Source: an uncultured Candidatus Saccharibacteria bacterium
GTDB lineage: Bacteria > Patescibacteriota > Saccharimonadia > CAILAD01 > BJGX01
Direction: 5' to 3'
DNA length: 64,000 nucleotides
Assembly (NCBI GenBank): GCA_964390265.1
Contig: CAYMHI010000003.1
Location: 1,332 to 65,331, forward strand
Shown here: in pieces, positions 1 to 9,771 of the stretch
How positions within the stretch are numbered: the stretch's first letter is position 1
How the letters are laid out: each line of letters starts with the position of its first letter
Position numbers and translations under genes: made by a program
The notes under the pieces: model-generated
Told to the model about the DNA's origin: nothing
The model's input: only the letters and a program-made list of their open reading frames with translations
The model's database searches: none

Positions 1-30
1 ATAGCTTTTTTCTTTTTCTCGGTACCTTTT

Positions 31-564
31 ATGTTCAATATTAGTCAAAATGTAATGATCGCAGTATCTATAATAGGCGACTTATTTTTGTATGCACTAT
101 TTATTACCCAAACCTATATTCTTTATTATCTGCTACTCAAAGAAAGAGTTTCGGCTCGGCTAATTATGACGCCTTTTTTGGTTTTGGCGTTGGTGGGTTG
201 GCTATCGAATTGTTATGGCTATATATACAATGGTGTGGGCATTGAAAATAATAAGTTTATTTATAGTCTGCCACCATTGTCAGATTATATTCAGTTAGTT
301 TTTTTATTTATCATTATGATAGTGGGGTTACTTCTACTTGGTCGTGTTCGACAACAAACCAGTCTACGAGCCAAGGGTGGGCTAATAGGTATAGCTGTGT
401 TGTTTATGCTCTCAGGACTGGGTGGAGCACTTAATGTTATTATGTCTGGCGACCCCAACCAATCTCCGTACATTGTCCTTAGCTACATTGTAGGCTTTGT
501 ATCATTTGTGATTATTCTAGTAATTATTAGACACTTGGGTAAAGCGAAGAGTTCTAGACGCTAG
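31..564 (+). CDS. Polytopic membrane protein of unknown function (about 5 predicted TM helices). It may be 5'-partial, since there is no in-frame stop upstream before the window edge.
   Basis: ORF track; several hydrophobic segments of about 20 aa; no recognisable catalytic motif. Confidence 0.4.
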   Translation: MFNISQNVMIAVSIIGDLFLYALFITQTYILYYLLLKERVSARLIMTPFLVLALVGWLSNCYGYIYNGVGIENNKFIYSLPPLSDYIQLVFLFIIMIVGLLLLGRVRQQTSLRAKGGLIGIAVLFMLSGLGGALNVIMSGDPNQSPYIVLSYIVGFVSFVIILVIIRHLGKAKSSRR

Positions 565-1631
565 TAGTCAGATTTCTTTGGTAATCTTAACTCCATACCA
601 TCCTGCATTGGTTCGTCTGGGTTTCTGTCTATACAAGCTATTAGGTCATCTTTAAGCTTTTTACTATCAATATCTTGGCCGATAAAAACCAACTCGGTTT
701 TTGGCGCCTGATTTTTCCAGTTATCCCATGTAATTTCGGCCCTTACTCCCACCAAATGAAATATATAGCGACGCATATGGCCCTTAACACCTAGATTTAC
801 AATCCCTTTAGCTCGATAAACGTTGACCGGCAAAAGACGATTAACAAAGTTTTGAAATTTGACGGGGTCTAGTGGCTTAGTCGTACTCCAAGCGAAACTA
901 CTGAACTGATGATGTAGATGAGTTGAATGATCTTGTGGTTTGCCGCTCGTAGAACCAGAGGAATCTGGGGTTGGCTGAGTATTGGCTTTTGACTGACTAT
1001 TTAACTCTAAAAGAAATCGTATATCGACTTGGGCATTGATAGATTTTAATATTCTGGCTTTAGGATTAAACGAGTGTATTAAGTCAACTATGTCATCTAT
1101 AGCTGTTTTTTTTACTAGATCAATCTTATTGATAATTATATAGTCCGTAAAAATTATCTGATCTCTGGCCGTACTGAATTGTTTAGCATTTTTCTTAATA
1201 TTCTCGGCGTCGAGCACTGTTACTATGCCATCAAGACGCACATTTACACCAATGGTTTGACGTAGAGTCATCGCTAGATCTCGAGGCTCTGCAAGTCCAC
1301 TGGCCTCTATAATAATATGATCAATGTTGCTGCCCTTAAAAGTAAACTGATCAATAGCTTCTTGTAGATCTAGTGTTTGCAAACTACAACAAATACAGCC
1401 ACTGGTGAGTTCAAGCTGTTTGTCGGTTTTGCTCTTTACTAACTTAGAGTCGATATTGATATCGCCAAAGTCATTCACTACCACGCCAATGTTAAGACCT
1501 TGATTATTTTGCAATATGTAATTAAGTAGTGTCGTTTTGCCAGAACCCAAAAAGCCCTGTATGACGGTTATTGGTATTTTTTTACTAGTGATAGGATTAT
1601 TCATGCAACAACCAGTATACAATAAAATCAT
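561..1631 (-). CDS. CobW/COG0523-family GTPase (putative metal chaperone)
   Basis: Walker A GFLGSGKTTLL, CxCC motif (CICCS), His-rich stretch HSTHLHHQF typical of COG0523 metallochaperones. Confidence 0.7.
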   Translation of the reverse strand: MILLYTGCCMNNPITSKKIPITVIQGFLGSGKTTLLNYILQNNQGLNIGVVVNDFGDINIDSKLVKSKTDKQLELTSGCICCSLQTLDLQEAIDQFTFKGSNIDHIIIEASGLAEPRDLAMTLRQTIGVNVRLDGIVTVLDAENIKKNAKQFSTARDQIIFTDYIIINKIDLVKKTAIDDIVDLIHSFNPKARILKSINAQVDIRFLLELNSQSKANTQPTPDSSGSTSGKPQDHSTHLHHQFSSFAWSTTKPLDPVKFQNFVNRLLPVNVYRAKGIVNLGVKGHMRRYIFHLVGVRAEITWDNWKNQAPKTELVFIGQDIDSKKLKDDLIACIDRNPDEPMQDGMELRLPKKSDY

Positions 1632-1751
1632 TATAGATCACCAAGCCTGGTTAATTTAAGGCTTCAAAATGCATACTTTACTATTTTTCTTGTAACACGC
1701 TTTGAGTGAGTGCTATAATAATACTTAAGATTAAATATTGGAGTAGTTAGA

Positions 1752-2297
1752 ATGCCCAAAATACTTATTGTAGAAGACGAAATTAGTTTGCGAGATGTGT
1801 ATGCTGCACGCCTGGAGGCTGATGGATATCAGATTGTTGTAGCCGGAAATGGCGAAGAGGCCCTAGCTACTGCCGTCAAAGAGCGACCAGATCTTATTTT
1901 GCTAGATATTATGATGCCCAAAATATCTGGATTTGACGTATTAGATATTATTCGTACTACCCCCGAGATTGCCGACACCAAAGTAATAATGATGACTGCA
2001 CTATCTTCACCCGAAGACCGAGCCCGCGGTGAAAAACTAGGAGTCAATAGATACCTTGTAAAGTCTCAGGTGGTACTTGAAGAAATGGTTAAAACAATTT
2101 CTGACGTTTTACAAGAACCCTCAAAGGGGGGCTCAACTCATGATGACCTAGTAGGTGCTAGCGGAAATCAACGAGCAGCAGTCAGTGCCGAAGATTTAGC
2201 TAAGGTAGAAGCCGGCACACCACCAGAAACAAGCTCAAATGCGCCAAGCGAGTCGACTCTTGCCGATAAAACCGCTAGTCCTCGATCTGAAGAATAA
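1752..2297 (+). CDS. Response regulator with CheY-like receiver domain and a C-terminal low-complexity Ser/Ala/Glu-rich tail
   Basis: N-terminal acidic pocket (VEDE), phospho-acceptor Asp in DLILLDIMMPK, conserved T (MMTA) and K; no DNA-binding output domain recognisable. Confidence 0.65.
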   Translation: MPKILIVEDEISLRDVYAARLEADGYQIVVAGNGEEALATAVKERPDLILLDIMMPKISGFDVLDIIRTTPEIADTKVIMMTALSSPEDRARGEKLGVNRYLVKSQVVLEEMVKTISDVLQEPSKGGSTHDDLVGASGNQRAAVSAEDLAKVEAGTPPETSSNAPSESTLADKTASPRSEE

Positions 2298-2330
2298 TAT
2301 TATTTTTCACCACAAGCTCGCAAACTATAT

Positions 2331-3677
2331 TTGGTGAGTATGCTTATATCTGATAATATATATTATATGCGTACACTAATAGCTGATCTAATTAACCATC
2401 CAAATAGCAACAAAACAATTTCGGGCTGGCTTCACAAGCGAAGACTACTTGGTGGTATTAATTTTTTAATTATCAGAGATAGAACCGGACTAGTGCAGGT
2501 GCTGGTAAAAGACGAGGTAGAGATAAAAAAACTTGATGGTATGCAGTTGGGTACGGTACTAACCATAAGCGGTACAATCGTTACTGATGAAAGAGCACCG
2601 GGCGGGGTAGAGATTCACGAACCTAATATTGACGTAGACACACCAGTGGTTGATGTAATGCCAATTGAGATAGACAAACCTATTAGTCACAAGCCCGAAC
2701 ATTTAGAAACGCTGTTTGAAAACCGCGTACTTAACCTTCGCAATGTAGAGGAGCAAAAAATATTTAAAATTCGTTCAAGCATTAATCGATACATTCGTGA
2801 ATATCTACATCAAACTAGTTTTGTTGAAATACAAACCCCCAAGATATTGGCCGAAGCCACTGAAGGTGGGGCCGAAGTATTTAAGCTTGACTACTATACT
2901 AGAGAGGCCACCCTGGCTCAAAGCCCTCAACTTTACAAGCAAATCATGGTGGGGGTCTATGAGAGAGTATTTGAGATTGGCCCAGCATACCGAGCCGAGC
3001 CGAGCACAACCACTCGCCACATGAGCGAAGTGACTATGCTAGATATTGAGATGGGTTTTGTAAAAAACCATACTGAAGTGCTTGATTTTGTAGGTAATAT
3101 GACCATAGAAGTGATAAAAAGAACTTACGATGAACACGCCAATGATCTAAAAAGCTTAGGTGCACCCGAGCTAAATCTAACTAACGAGGTACCTAAGTAT
3201 ACCGTAGCTCAAATTCACGAACTTTACACCAAAGACACCGGCAATGATACCACCAACGAGAAAGACCTAATTCCGGCAGAAGAGCGCTGGATAAGTGAGT
3301 ATGCCCAAGAAAAACATAGTACCGATCTAGTTTACGCCACCGAGTTCCCTGTAGAGGCAATGAAGTTTTATCATCAGATCAATCCTGAGAACCCAAAAAC
3401 GGTCTTGTGGGGCGACCTGTTATTTAGAGGTCTTGAGATATCAACCGTACCGCTGCGAGAGCATCGATACGAAGTGTTAATTGAGCAGATGAAAAAAGCC
3501 GGATTAGATGTGACCCACCCGGGCTACAAGTACTATTTACAAGCATTTAAGTTTGGCCTACCTCAGCACGGCGGCTGTGGCTTTGGTATTGACCGGTTTG
3601 TAGAAAAGCTCATTGGTCTTAACAATGTTAAAGAAGCGACGCTTTTCCCGCGGGATATGCAAAGACTAACGCCATAG
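2331..3677 (+). CDS. Class II aminoacyl-tRNA synthetase of the AspRS/AsnRS subgroup. Most likely archaeal-type aspartate--tRNA ligase, possibly non-discriminating.
   Basis: N-terminal OB-fold (FLIIRDRTGLVQV), QSPQLYKQ, motif 2 GPAYRAE, motif 3 GGCGFGIDRFV...LFPRD; length 448 aa. Confidence 0.7.
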   Translation: MVSMLISDNIYYMRTLIADLINHPNSNKTISGWLHKRRLLGGINFLIIRDRTGLVQVLVKDEVEIKKLDGMQLGTVLTISGTIVTDERAPGGVEIHEPNIDVDTPVVDVMPIEIDKPISHKPEHLETLFENRVLNLRNVEEQKIFKIRSSINRYIREYLHQTSFVEIQTPKILAEATEGGAEVFKLDYYTREATLAQSPQLYKQIMVGVYERVFEIGPAYRAEPSTTTRHMSEVTMLDIEMGFVKNHTEVLDFVGNMTIEVIKRTYDEHANDLKSLGAPELNLTNEVPKYTVAQIHELYTKDTGNDTTNEKDLIPAEERWISEYAQEKHSTDLVYATEFPVEAMKFYHQINPENPKTVLWGDLLFRGLEISTVPLREHRYEVLIEQMKKAGLDVTHPGYKYYLQAFKFGLPQHGGCGFGIDRFVEKLIGLNNVKEATLFPRDMQRLTP

Positions 3678-3688
3678 GAGACACGGGT

Positions 3689-4369
3689 ATGCAAACTACA
3701 GCCTATACGGTTGAGCTAGAGAACTTTAGCGGCCCCCTGAATGTACTACTTCAGCTAATTCAGCGCCAAAAACTTGATATATGTGAGATAAACCTAGCTA
3801 CAGTTACCAACGACTACTTGTATTTTATGCAAAATACCCAGCTCGACCAGCACTCAGCCAATTCGTTTTTAGAGATTGCCGTAAGATTAATTCTCTTTAA
3901 ATCAAAAGCATTACTGCCCAGCGAAGAAGCAATACAATCTGAGGAAGAAATTGAAGATTTAACTGAACAATTAAAATTATTGGCACTATACCAAAATACT
4001 TTTATTCAGCTAAACAGTAGCGGAGAAAATAGCCTAGTAACACGTAGACAACAAATCAAAGAGTTGGCCAATACTGTATATACCAATGTATCAGCCCAAA
4101 CTCTCTACAAAGCTATGTGTAATTTAACACTCGAAAAAAAGCCGCCAAAAATATTTAAACTAAAAAGAAAAAATAATCAATTATTACGAGCCCAGCTTCT
4201 TAAGCGCCTCAAAAGCCTAAAAAATATTCAACTCGCTGAAATTTCTACACTTGGGCAATCTAAGCAAGAAACCGTTATGTTGTTTATGATTATTTTAGAG
4301 CTTATAAATAAAAATAATGCTAGTTTAAGCACTCATTCTGGCCAAAGCACTATTGAGGTGCTGGCGTGA
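3689..4369 (+). CDS. scpA: Segregation and condensation protein A (ScpA kleisin)
   Basis: N-terminus FSGPLNVLLQLIQRQKLDICEINLATVTNDYL matches the ScpA signature; followed by scpB with a 4-nt overlap. Confidence 0.6.
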   Translation: MQTTAYTVELENFSGPLNVLLQLIQRQKLDICEINLATVTNDYLYFMQNTQLDQHSANSFLEIAVRLILFKSKALLPSEEAIQSEEEIEDLTEQLKLLALYQNTFIQLNSSGENSLVTRRQQIKELANTVYTNVSAQTLYKAMCNLTLEKKPPKIFKLKRKNNQLLRAQLLKRLKSLKNIQLAEISTLGQSKQETVMLFMIILELINKNNASLSTHSGQSTIEVLA

Positions 4370-4872
4370 ATATACCAGCGCAAAAACTGCACGCAATTTT
4401 GTTTACCAATGCATTGGGTATAGAAAAAAACATAATCTTAGAAAGCAATTTTTGGACTGAAGAAAAACTCGACAGTGCAATAAAAGAATTAAAAGATTTT
4501 CTAAACGGATCTGGTTTAGAAATTATTGAGCACCAAGACAAACTCACCCTGGCTGCCCGCAAAGCACTGCTAAGTGATGGTACAACCTTACAAAAATATA
4601 ACGAATCACTCAGCAGCTCAGCCCTAGAGGTGCTGGCCGTTGTTGCCTATCGGCAACCTATTACCAAAGACGAAATCGCCCAAATAAGAGGGTTTAACAG
4701 CGAACAAAGCCTTAAGGGTCTGCTAGAGAAAAACCTTATTGAAAAACGTACCACCAAACGGGCTGGCATAAATTACACATATTACCACACCACTGCAATA
4801 TTTTTACAACATATGGGCCTAGGGTCGATTACCGATCTACCGCCCCTAGAGAGCAGTGATGATACCAAGTGA
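4366..4872 (+). CDS. scpB: Segregation and condensation protein B (ScpB)
   Basis: Winged-helix region LEVLAVVAYRQPITKDEIAQIRG; operon position after scpA. Confidence 0.65.
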   Translation: MNIPAQKLHAILFTNALGIEKNIILESNFWTEEKLDSAIKELKDFLNGSGLEIIEHQDKLTLAARKALLSDGTTLQKYNESLSSSALEVLAVVAYRQPITKDEIAQIRGFNSEQSLKGLLEKNLIEKRTTKRAGINYTYYHTTAIFLQHMGLGSITDLPPLESSDDTK

Positions 4873-5566
4873 ATCAGCCACCACCCGGCTAAATAAGCGA
4901 ATGGTAGAACTTGGCTTGGCCGACTCTAGACGAAAAGCAGATATATTAATTGAAGCCTGCCAAGTTAAAATAAATGGTCGACTAGCTCCAATAGGTTCTC
5001 AAGTCATCCGTTCAGACAAAATCTCTTTGCTTGGGAAAACAGGTGTTGATCGCTCCGACATTACTATTAAATTCTATAAGCCTACTGGCTACATATGCTC
5101 ACATCTCAAAAACAGCCGTTCAAAAACAATATTTAAATTATTACCCAAGGCCTTCTCATCACTCAAAATTGCCGGTCGGCTCGATCGCAATAGCCAGGGC
5201 TTAATGTTACTCAGCTCAGATGGTGATTTAATACAATTCTTATCACATCCTAGCTCTGGTAAAGAAAAAGAGTATTTAGTGACACTCACCAAGCCATTTG
5301 ACAAATCACTAGTTAGATCATTAACCCGGGGAGTGGAACTTGATGATGGTATTAGCAGATTTGTCAAAGCATCGCTTTTGCAACCCACCAAACTACGATT
5401 GGTATTAACTGAAGGCCGAAACCGACAAATTCGACGAACATTTGAGAAGCTTGGCTATAAGGTTGCAATACTTGAAAGAACTAGGATTGGAAATATTTCG
5501 CTTGGTACACTTGCAGCAGGAAAGTATCAATTCGTGAAAGAAAGCGACATTGGGGGAGGATTGTAA
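4856..5566 (+). CDS. RsuA/RluB-family rRNA pseudouridine synthase with N-terminal S4 domain
   Basis: S4-like N-terminus; catalytic GRLDRNSQGLMLLSSDG; NRQIRR motif. Confidence 0.65.
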   Translation: MMIPSESATTRLNKRMVELGLADSRRKADILIEACQVKINGRLAPIGSQVIRSDKISLLGKTGVDRSDITIKFYKPTGYICSHLKNSRSKTIFKLLPKAFSSLKIAGRLDRNSQGLMLLSSDGDLIQFLSHPSSGKEKEYLVTLTKPFDKSLVRSLTRGVELDDGISRFVKASLLQPTKLRLVLTEGRNRQIRRTFEKLGYKVAILERTRIGNISLGTLAAGKYQFVKESDIGGGL

Positions 5567-6482
5567 TATGTTGGTTTACTACGCCCTTGTAGCCCTTATT
5601 ATACAGTTTAGTTTTGGTGCAAATGCTATTCTGGAAGGTTCCGCCAAGCTACTGGCTACCAACTCTCAAAAAACTGCTACTACCAAACTACCACTAACCA
5701 CCGCAAAATTCACAGCGGCTCCAGAACTTAAACCAAATTCAAATCCATTGAGCACTCAAGCCCAAGAAGCTATAGTGTATGACGTAGCTAGTGGTAAACT
5801 GCTTTACGCTAAAAATACCGATCAATCCACTAGCATTGCTTCACTCACCAAGTTAATGACGGCTTTAACAATTTTACAAAGCCACTCACCTAATGAAATG
5901 GTGACCATACCATCCAACCTTCCAGCCTTATCGAGCGACGACCAAAAAATTGGCGTTATAGCCGGTGAAAAATTTAAGTTGTCTGAGTTAATGAAAGCAC
6001 TACTAATTTACTCAGCTAACGATGTTGCCAACAGCTTAGCTATTTGGGATGCTGGCTCGGTAGAAGCTTTTAGTAGCAAGATGAATCAGAATGCTGAAAA
6101 GTGGGGATTGAGAAACTCCCATTTTGTTAACCCTAACGGTTTAGACCAGGCCAATCATTACAGCTCAGCAGCTGATATCTTGGTGATTGCTAATGTTTTA
6201 TTGCATAATCAAGATTTTAAAAAAATTGTAAACACACAGTCTACCACTATTACCAACACTGCCGGCAAAAGCTATTTACTTACCACTACTAATAAAGATC
6301 TGAGCTTGCCCTATGTATATGGCATCAAGACTGGTTTTACTGAGTTGGCCGGGCAATGCCTAATTCTCCTGTCGCAAAAAAATGGCCATGAGATTATTAC
6401 TATAGTATTAAATAGTCCAGACCGTTTCCAAGAGTCTAAAAATATGGTAGAATATACGTTCAATAATTACGTTTGGAAATAA
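5550..6482 (+). CDS. Serine-type D-Ala-D-Ala carboxypeptidase (PBP5/DacA-like), with signal peptide/TM anchor
   Basis: SxxK (SIASLTK), SxN (SAND) and KTG (KTGFT) motifs at the expected spacing. Confidence 0.65.
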   Translation: MGEDCNMLVYYALVALIIQFSFGANAILEGSAKLLATNSQKTATTKLPLTTAKFTAAPELKPNSNPLSTQAQEAIVYDVASGKLLYAKNTDQSTSIASLTKLMTALTILQSHSPNEMVTIPSNLPALSSDDQKIGVIAGEKFKLSELMKALLIYSANDVANSLAIWDAGSVEAFSSKMNQNAEKWGLRNSHFVNPNGLDQANHYSSAADILVIANVLLHNQDFKKIVNTQSTTITNTAGKSYLLTTTNKDLSLPYVYGIKTGFTELAGQCLILLSQKNGHEIITIVLNSPDRFQESKNMVEYTFNNYVWK

Positions 6483-6488
6483 ATCTTT

Positions 6489-7853
6489 ATGACTGTCAAT
6501 AATTTACCAGAAATAGCCTTGGTTGGTATGCCCAATAGCGGCAAATCTACTTTGTTTAATCGCCTAACACACTCATCTCAGGCTATTGTCTCAGAAATTG
6601 CCCATACTACCCGCGATACAAATCGAAAAATTGCCCATAGTAAATATGGCAAGTTTAATGTAATTGATACTGCTGGCTATACTAACGAAAAAGGACAAAT
6701 TCCAAAAGCTGCAATGCAACAATTAGCATACTCGCTCGATCTTGCTGACGCTATTATTTTTATTGTCGATATTACAGTTGAGCCTACTAGTGGCGACCTA
6801 TCTTTAGCTAAGCTAATTCGCAAGTCTGGCAAACCCGTGATAGTAGCGACCAATAAGGCCGACGATCAGCGCAATTCCATTCCTACTACTAACTTTCGCA
6901 AGCTTGGTTTTGAGCAAATCGTGACAATCTCAGCCATACACGGAATCGGCATAGAGGAGTTGGTGGGCCAATTAACAAAAATAATTCCTAGCAAAAAAAT
7001 TATCAAAAAATCAATCACCGATAGTATTAAGGTAGCTATTATTGGACGACCCAATGTTGGAAAATCTAGCTTACTTAACGCTTTAGCTGGAAAAAAATTA
7101 GCTATCGAGGCTGATGAGCCTGGCACCACCCGTGATACTAACGAGTTCTCACTCAACTACCATGGCTCTAATATTACTATTATTGATACCGCTGGGTTGC
7201 GTCGACCAGGTAAAATTGCCAAGGCTGAGAATATTGAATTTTACTCAAAGGTAAGAACCAAAAAGGCTATTGAAAACTCCGATATTTGTTTGATGCTAAT
7301 TGACTCTGACGATCCCGCCACTGCCCAAGATCAGCACCTCTTGGGGATGATAAAAGATGCCCAGCGTGGCCTTATAATTGTCGCTACCAAATGGGATGCA
7401 GCTGAAAAAGATTCGCACACAATGGCCGAAGTTACATCAAAACTTAAAAGTAAGCTTCAGTTTGTTTGGTGGGCTCCATTAATTTTTACATCGGCTAAAA
7501 CTAGACAAAATATTGATCAACTACTGAAAATTATAATTGATGTAAATAAGCGTCTCGATTTTAGCCTGAGTACACCTAAACTAAATAGATTTTTAGAAGA
7601 TGCCAACGCCAAAAATCCACCAGCGGCAATCAAGACTAAAAAACCCAAGGTAAATTATATTACTCAAACCGGCACCCGGCCGCTGGAGTTGACAATTTTT
7701 GCCACCCATCCCGAGTACATGCACTGGAGCTACACCAGATTCTTAGAAAACCAACTTCGCGAACAACACGATCTTACCGGGGTGCCTGTAGCTATAAAGT
7801 ACAAGAGTAAATATAAAGAGGGTAACCGCGATAGGTATAAGGCAAAAAAATGA
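6489..7853 (+). CDS. der: Ribosome-biogenesis GTPase Der (EngA), tandem GTPase domains plus KH-like C-terminus
   Basis: Two G1 motifs (GMPNSGKST, GRPNVGKSS), two DTAG motifs, NKxD motifs. Confidence 0.8.
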   Translation: MTVNNLPEIALVGMPNSGKSTLFNRLTHSSQAIVSEIAHTTRDTNRKIAHSKYGKFNVIDTAGYTNEKGQIPKAAMQQLAYSLDLADAIIFIVDITVEPTSGDLSLAKLIRKSGKPVIVATNKADDQRNSIPTTNFRKLGFEQIVTISAIHGIGIEELVGQLTKIIPSKKIIKKSITDSIKVAIIGRPNVGKSSLLNALAGKKLAIEADEPGTTRDTNEFSLNYHGSNITIIDTAGLRRPGKIAKAENIEFYSKVRTKKAIENSDICLMLIDSDDPATAQDQHLLGMIKDAQRGLIIVATKWDAAEKDSHTMAEVTSKLKSKLQFVWWAPLIFTSAKTRQNIDQLLKIIIDVNKRLDFSLSTPKLNRFLEDANAKNPPAAIKTKKPKVNYITQTGTRPLELTIFATHPEYMHWSYTRFLENQLREQHDLTGVPVAIKYKSKYKEGNRDRYKAKK

Positions 7854-7866
7854 TAAACTATTAATT

Positions 7867-8424
7867 ATGAAACTTATTGTAGGACTCGGTAACCCAGGAA
7901 CGGAATATGCTAAAACCAGGCACAATCTGGGATATATGGTTGTTGATGAGCTATGCAGTAGATGGGGTATAAGTTTAAGTAATAATGACAAACTCAAAAC
8001 TCAGATATTCACGGGACTTATAGATAACCAAACTTTAGTGCTGGCAAAACCACAGACTTTTATGAACTTAAGTGGCCAAGCGGTTCAAAAAGTAAAACAA
8101 TTCTATAAGTTAAATAATGCCGATATTTGGGTTATTAGCGACGATCTCGATCTTGAATTTGGCAAAATACGAACCCGTATTGGTGGCAGCAGTGGGGGAC
8201 ACAATGGACTCAAAAATATCATAGAACAGATTGGTGACGATTTTGTTCGTATTCGTATAGGCATCAAGAATCAAACTTTAACATCGATTCCAGCCGATAA
8301 GTTCGTGTTGCAAATATTTGATAAGAATGAAGAGAATAAATTACCAGATATAATTAACCATACGGTCCAAGTAATCTTGGGTTCATTAGAAAATGGCGTC
8401 GAGCATACTTCTGTCTTATCATAG
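7867..8424 (+). CDS. pth: Peptidyl-tRNA hydrolase
   Basis: MKLIVGLGNPG...YAKTRHNLG signature N-terminus with catalytic His. Confidence 0.8.
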   Translation: MKLIVGLGNPGTEYAKTRHNLGYMVVDELCSRWGISLSNNDKLKTQIFTGLIDNQTLVLAKPQTFMNLSGQAVQKVKQFYKLNNADIWVISDDLDLEFGKIRTRIGGSSGGHNGLKNIIEQIGDDFVRIRIGIKNQTLTSIPADKFVLQIFDKNEENKLPDIINHTVQVILGSLENGVEHTSVLS

Positions 8425-8506
8425 CAATACACTATAGCTAGCTAGACAACACATTGCCGAGTTGATAACATAAAGGCGACCACCGCACCCAGAAATAGAG
8501 GTTGGG

Positions 8507-8773
8507 ATGTCTGAGCTTAGTGCTACGGAGCTAGAACTAGCCATACTTGATCGCGAAATAGCCGAGCTCGAAAGTCGCATACGCGGGTTAAGAGGGAGTT
8601 ACCGGCTTGTATCTATGTATAGCTCAAATCGAGGCATACTAAATCGCCTCCACAACCAACAACAGCTGGCCGAGATCAGCAAACAAATCAGACCTCTGCA
8701 AGAGCAGCTCACGCATAAACAACGCAGAAAAGCGATGATAGAAGAGATCGGCGCCGAGTATAGGGCCCAGTAG
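8507..8773 (+). CDS. Small hypothetical protein (88 aa), predicted coiled-coil, GC-shifted
   Basis: ORF track; heptad-like ELELAILDREIAELESRIRGL; followed by a strong hairpin terminator. Confidence 0.35.
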   Translation: MSELSATELELAILDREIAELESRIRGLRGSYRLVSMYSSNRGILNRLHNQQQLAEISKQIRPLQEQLTHKQRRKAMIEEIGAEYRAQ

Positions 8774-8813
8774 AAACTTATTATTATTATTACCGATCCG
8801 ACGATATCAGCCA

Positions 8814-8846
8814 GCTTCGTACAATCCTGTACGAAGCATTTCTTTA
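8814..8846 (+). terminator. Rho-independent terminator (9-bp perfect stem GCTTCGTAC / GTACGAAGC, 6-nt loop, T-rich tail)
   Basis: Read directly from the sequence downstream of the 8507..8773 ORF. Confidence 0.6.
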
Positions 8847-8923
8847 CAAGCTGATTTGAAGGTAGTATCATCTTAATCATTCATCGCAAAGCGCGATTTG
8901 TACCTAACTTAAAGGATATTGTA

Positions 8924-9202
8924 ATGAGCCAAGACTTTACAGCAACTCAGACCAATACCTACACACAAACGTGGATTGCAGAGCTCGAGGCTGATACTGA
9001 ACGTCTCATGAGTAAAAGACAAAAACTTGAGGTTCGATATGATCGTTGCGAGCCAGGAACGCTATATAGCGACTGGCGAGGATGGATAAAGCGACGTAGA
9101 TGCAACCGCCTGCGTCGTCGCATTCTTCGGCTCGACAAAGCCATCGGTAGAAAGGGCGATGCCGTTACTCAACTCAAACTCAACGAAGTAGGGAGGCTAT
9201 GA
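8924..9202 (+). CDS. Small hypothetical protein (92 aa), highly basic Arg-rich C-terminal half (RRRCNRLRRRILRL)
   Basis: ORF track; RBS-like AAAGGA upstream; no recognisable domain. Confidence 0.3.
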   Translation: MSQDFTATQTNTYTQTWIAELEADTERLMSKRQKLEVRYDRCEPGTLYSDWRGWIKRRRCNRLRRRILRLDKAIGRKGDAVTQLKLNEVGRL

Positions 9203-9206
9203 GATA

Positions 9207-9476
9207 ATGCCCACACTTGGTGAACTACAGGCAGAATTTAATTCATTGCAGCTTGAAGTATTGCAAAATCTAAACCATATGGCTTCTCGTGGCGGACGAG
9301 GCATACAATCTGCACAAGCCGAAGCTAACAATAGAACACTTTTTGAGAAGATGGTAGCGATTAATGATCAAATTCGAGTACATCCATCTGGAACGTGGCG
9401 AGATATCAAGCGCCAAGAAAAAGCACATCGCTTAGACCGGTTAACCGAGCATCGACGAGCACGTGACCAATTATAA
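9207..9476 (+). CDS. Small hypothetical protein (89 aa), charged/helical
   Basis: ORF track; starts 4 nt after the preceding ORF, suggesting an operon. Confidence 0.3.
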   Translation: MPTLGELQAEFNSLQLEVLQNLNHMASRGGRGIQSAQAEANNRTLFEKMVAINDQIRVHPSGTWRDIKRQEKAHRLDRLTEHRRARDQL

Positions 9477-9580
9477 CGTAATGTCCTCATTAGTTTATGG
9501 GGATTTTTTATTATTTATGCAAAATAATAAGTTTATACCGCTCCATGCTAGCAATGTGTAAAAAAGTCCGTTAATATGAA

Positions 9581-9616
9581 AAGCAGACCTGCCGTACGAA
9601 TCGAACAGATCTGCTT
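9581..9616. repeat. Imperfect hairpin (AAGCAGAcctg ... cagaTCTGCTT) within the structured intergenic region
   Basis: 7-bp perfect plus 3 of 4 extended inverted repeat with a 14-nt loop, seen in the sequence. Confidence 0.45.
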
Positions 9617-9687
9617 ATCACACCCTTTCATACCCCCAAAGAATTGGGATTTGTCAGTCTCATAATAAATAATTAGACCGTGGTAAT

Positions 9688-9771
9688 GAAAGGGAGTAAT
9701 CTGCTAGCGAGAATCTAAAAGGAGGGTGAGTTTTAGACATTGCCTCGACTAGCAGATTACTCCCTTTAATC
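9688..9771. repeat. Near-perfect 23-bp inverted repeat (GAAAGGGAGTAATCTGCTAGCGAG / CTCGaCTAGCAGATTACTCCCTTT). The 37-nt loop itself contains a 7-bp inner inverted repeat (TCTAAAA/TTTTAGA).
   Basis: Seen directly in the sequence; not followed by a T-run on either strand. Confidence 0.6.

Noticed and set aside
291-7156. Short antisense or nested ORFs from the track lying inside well-supported genes (291..473, 1829..2047, 2797..3024, 2805..3020, 4350..4562, 5089..5391, 6866..7156 and similar throughout the window)
   Set aside because: They are fully embedded in, or antisense to, genes with strong motif support, have no RBS, and are not independently supported.
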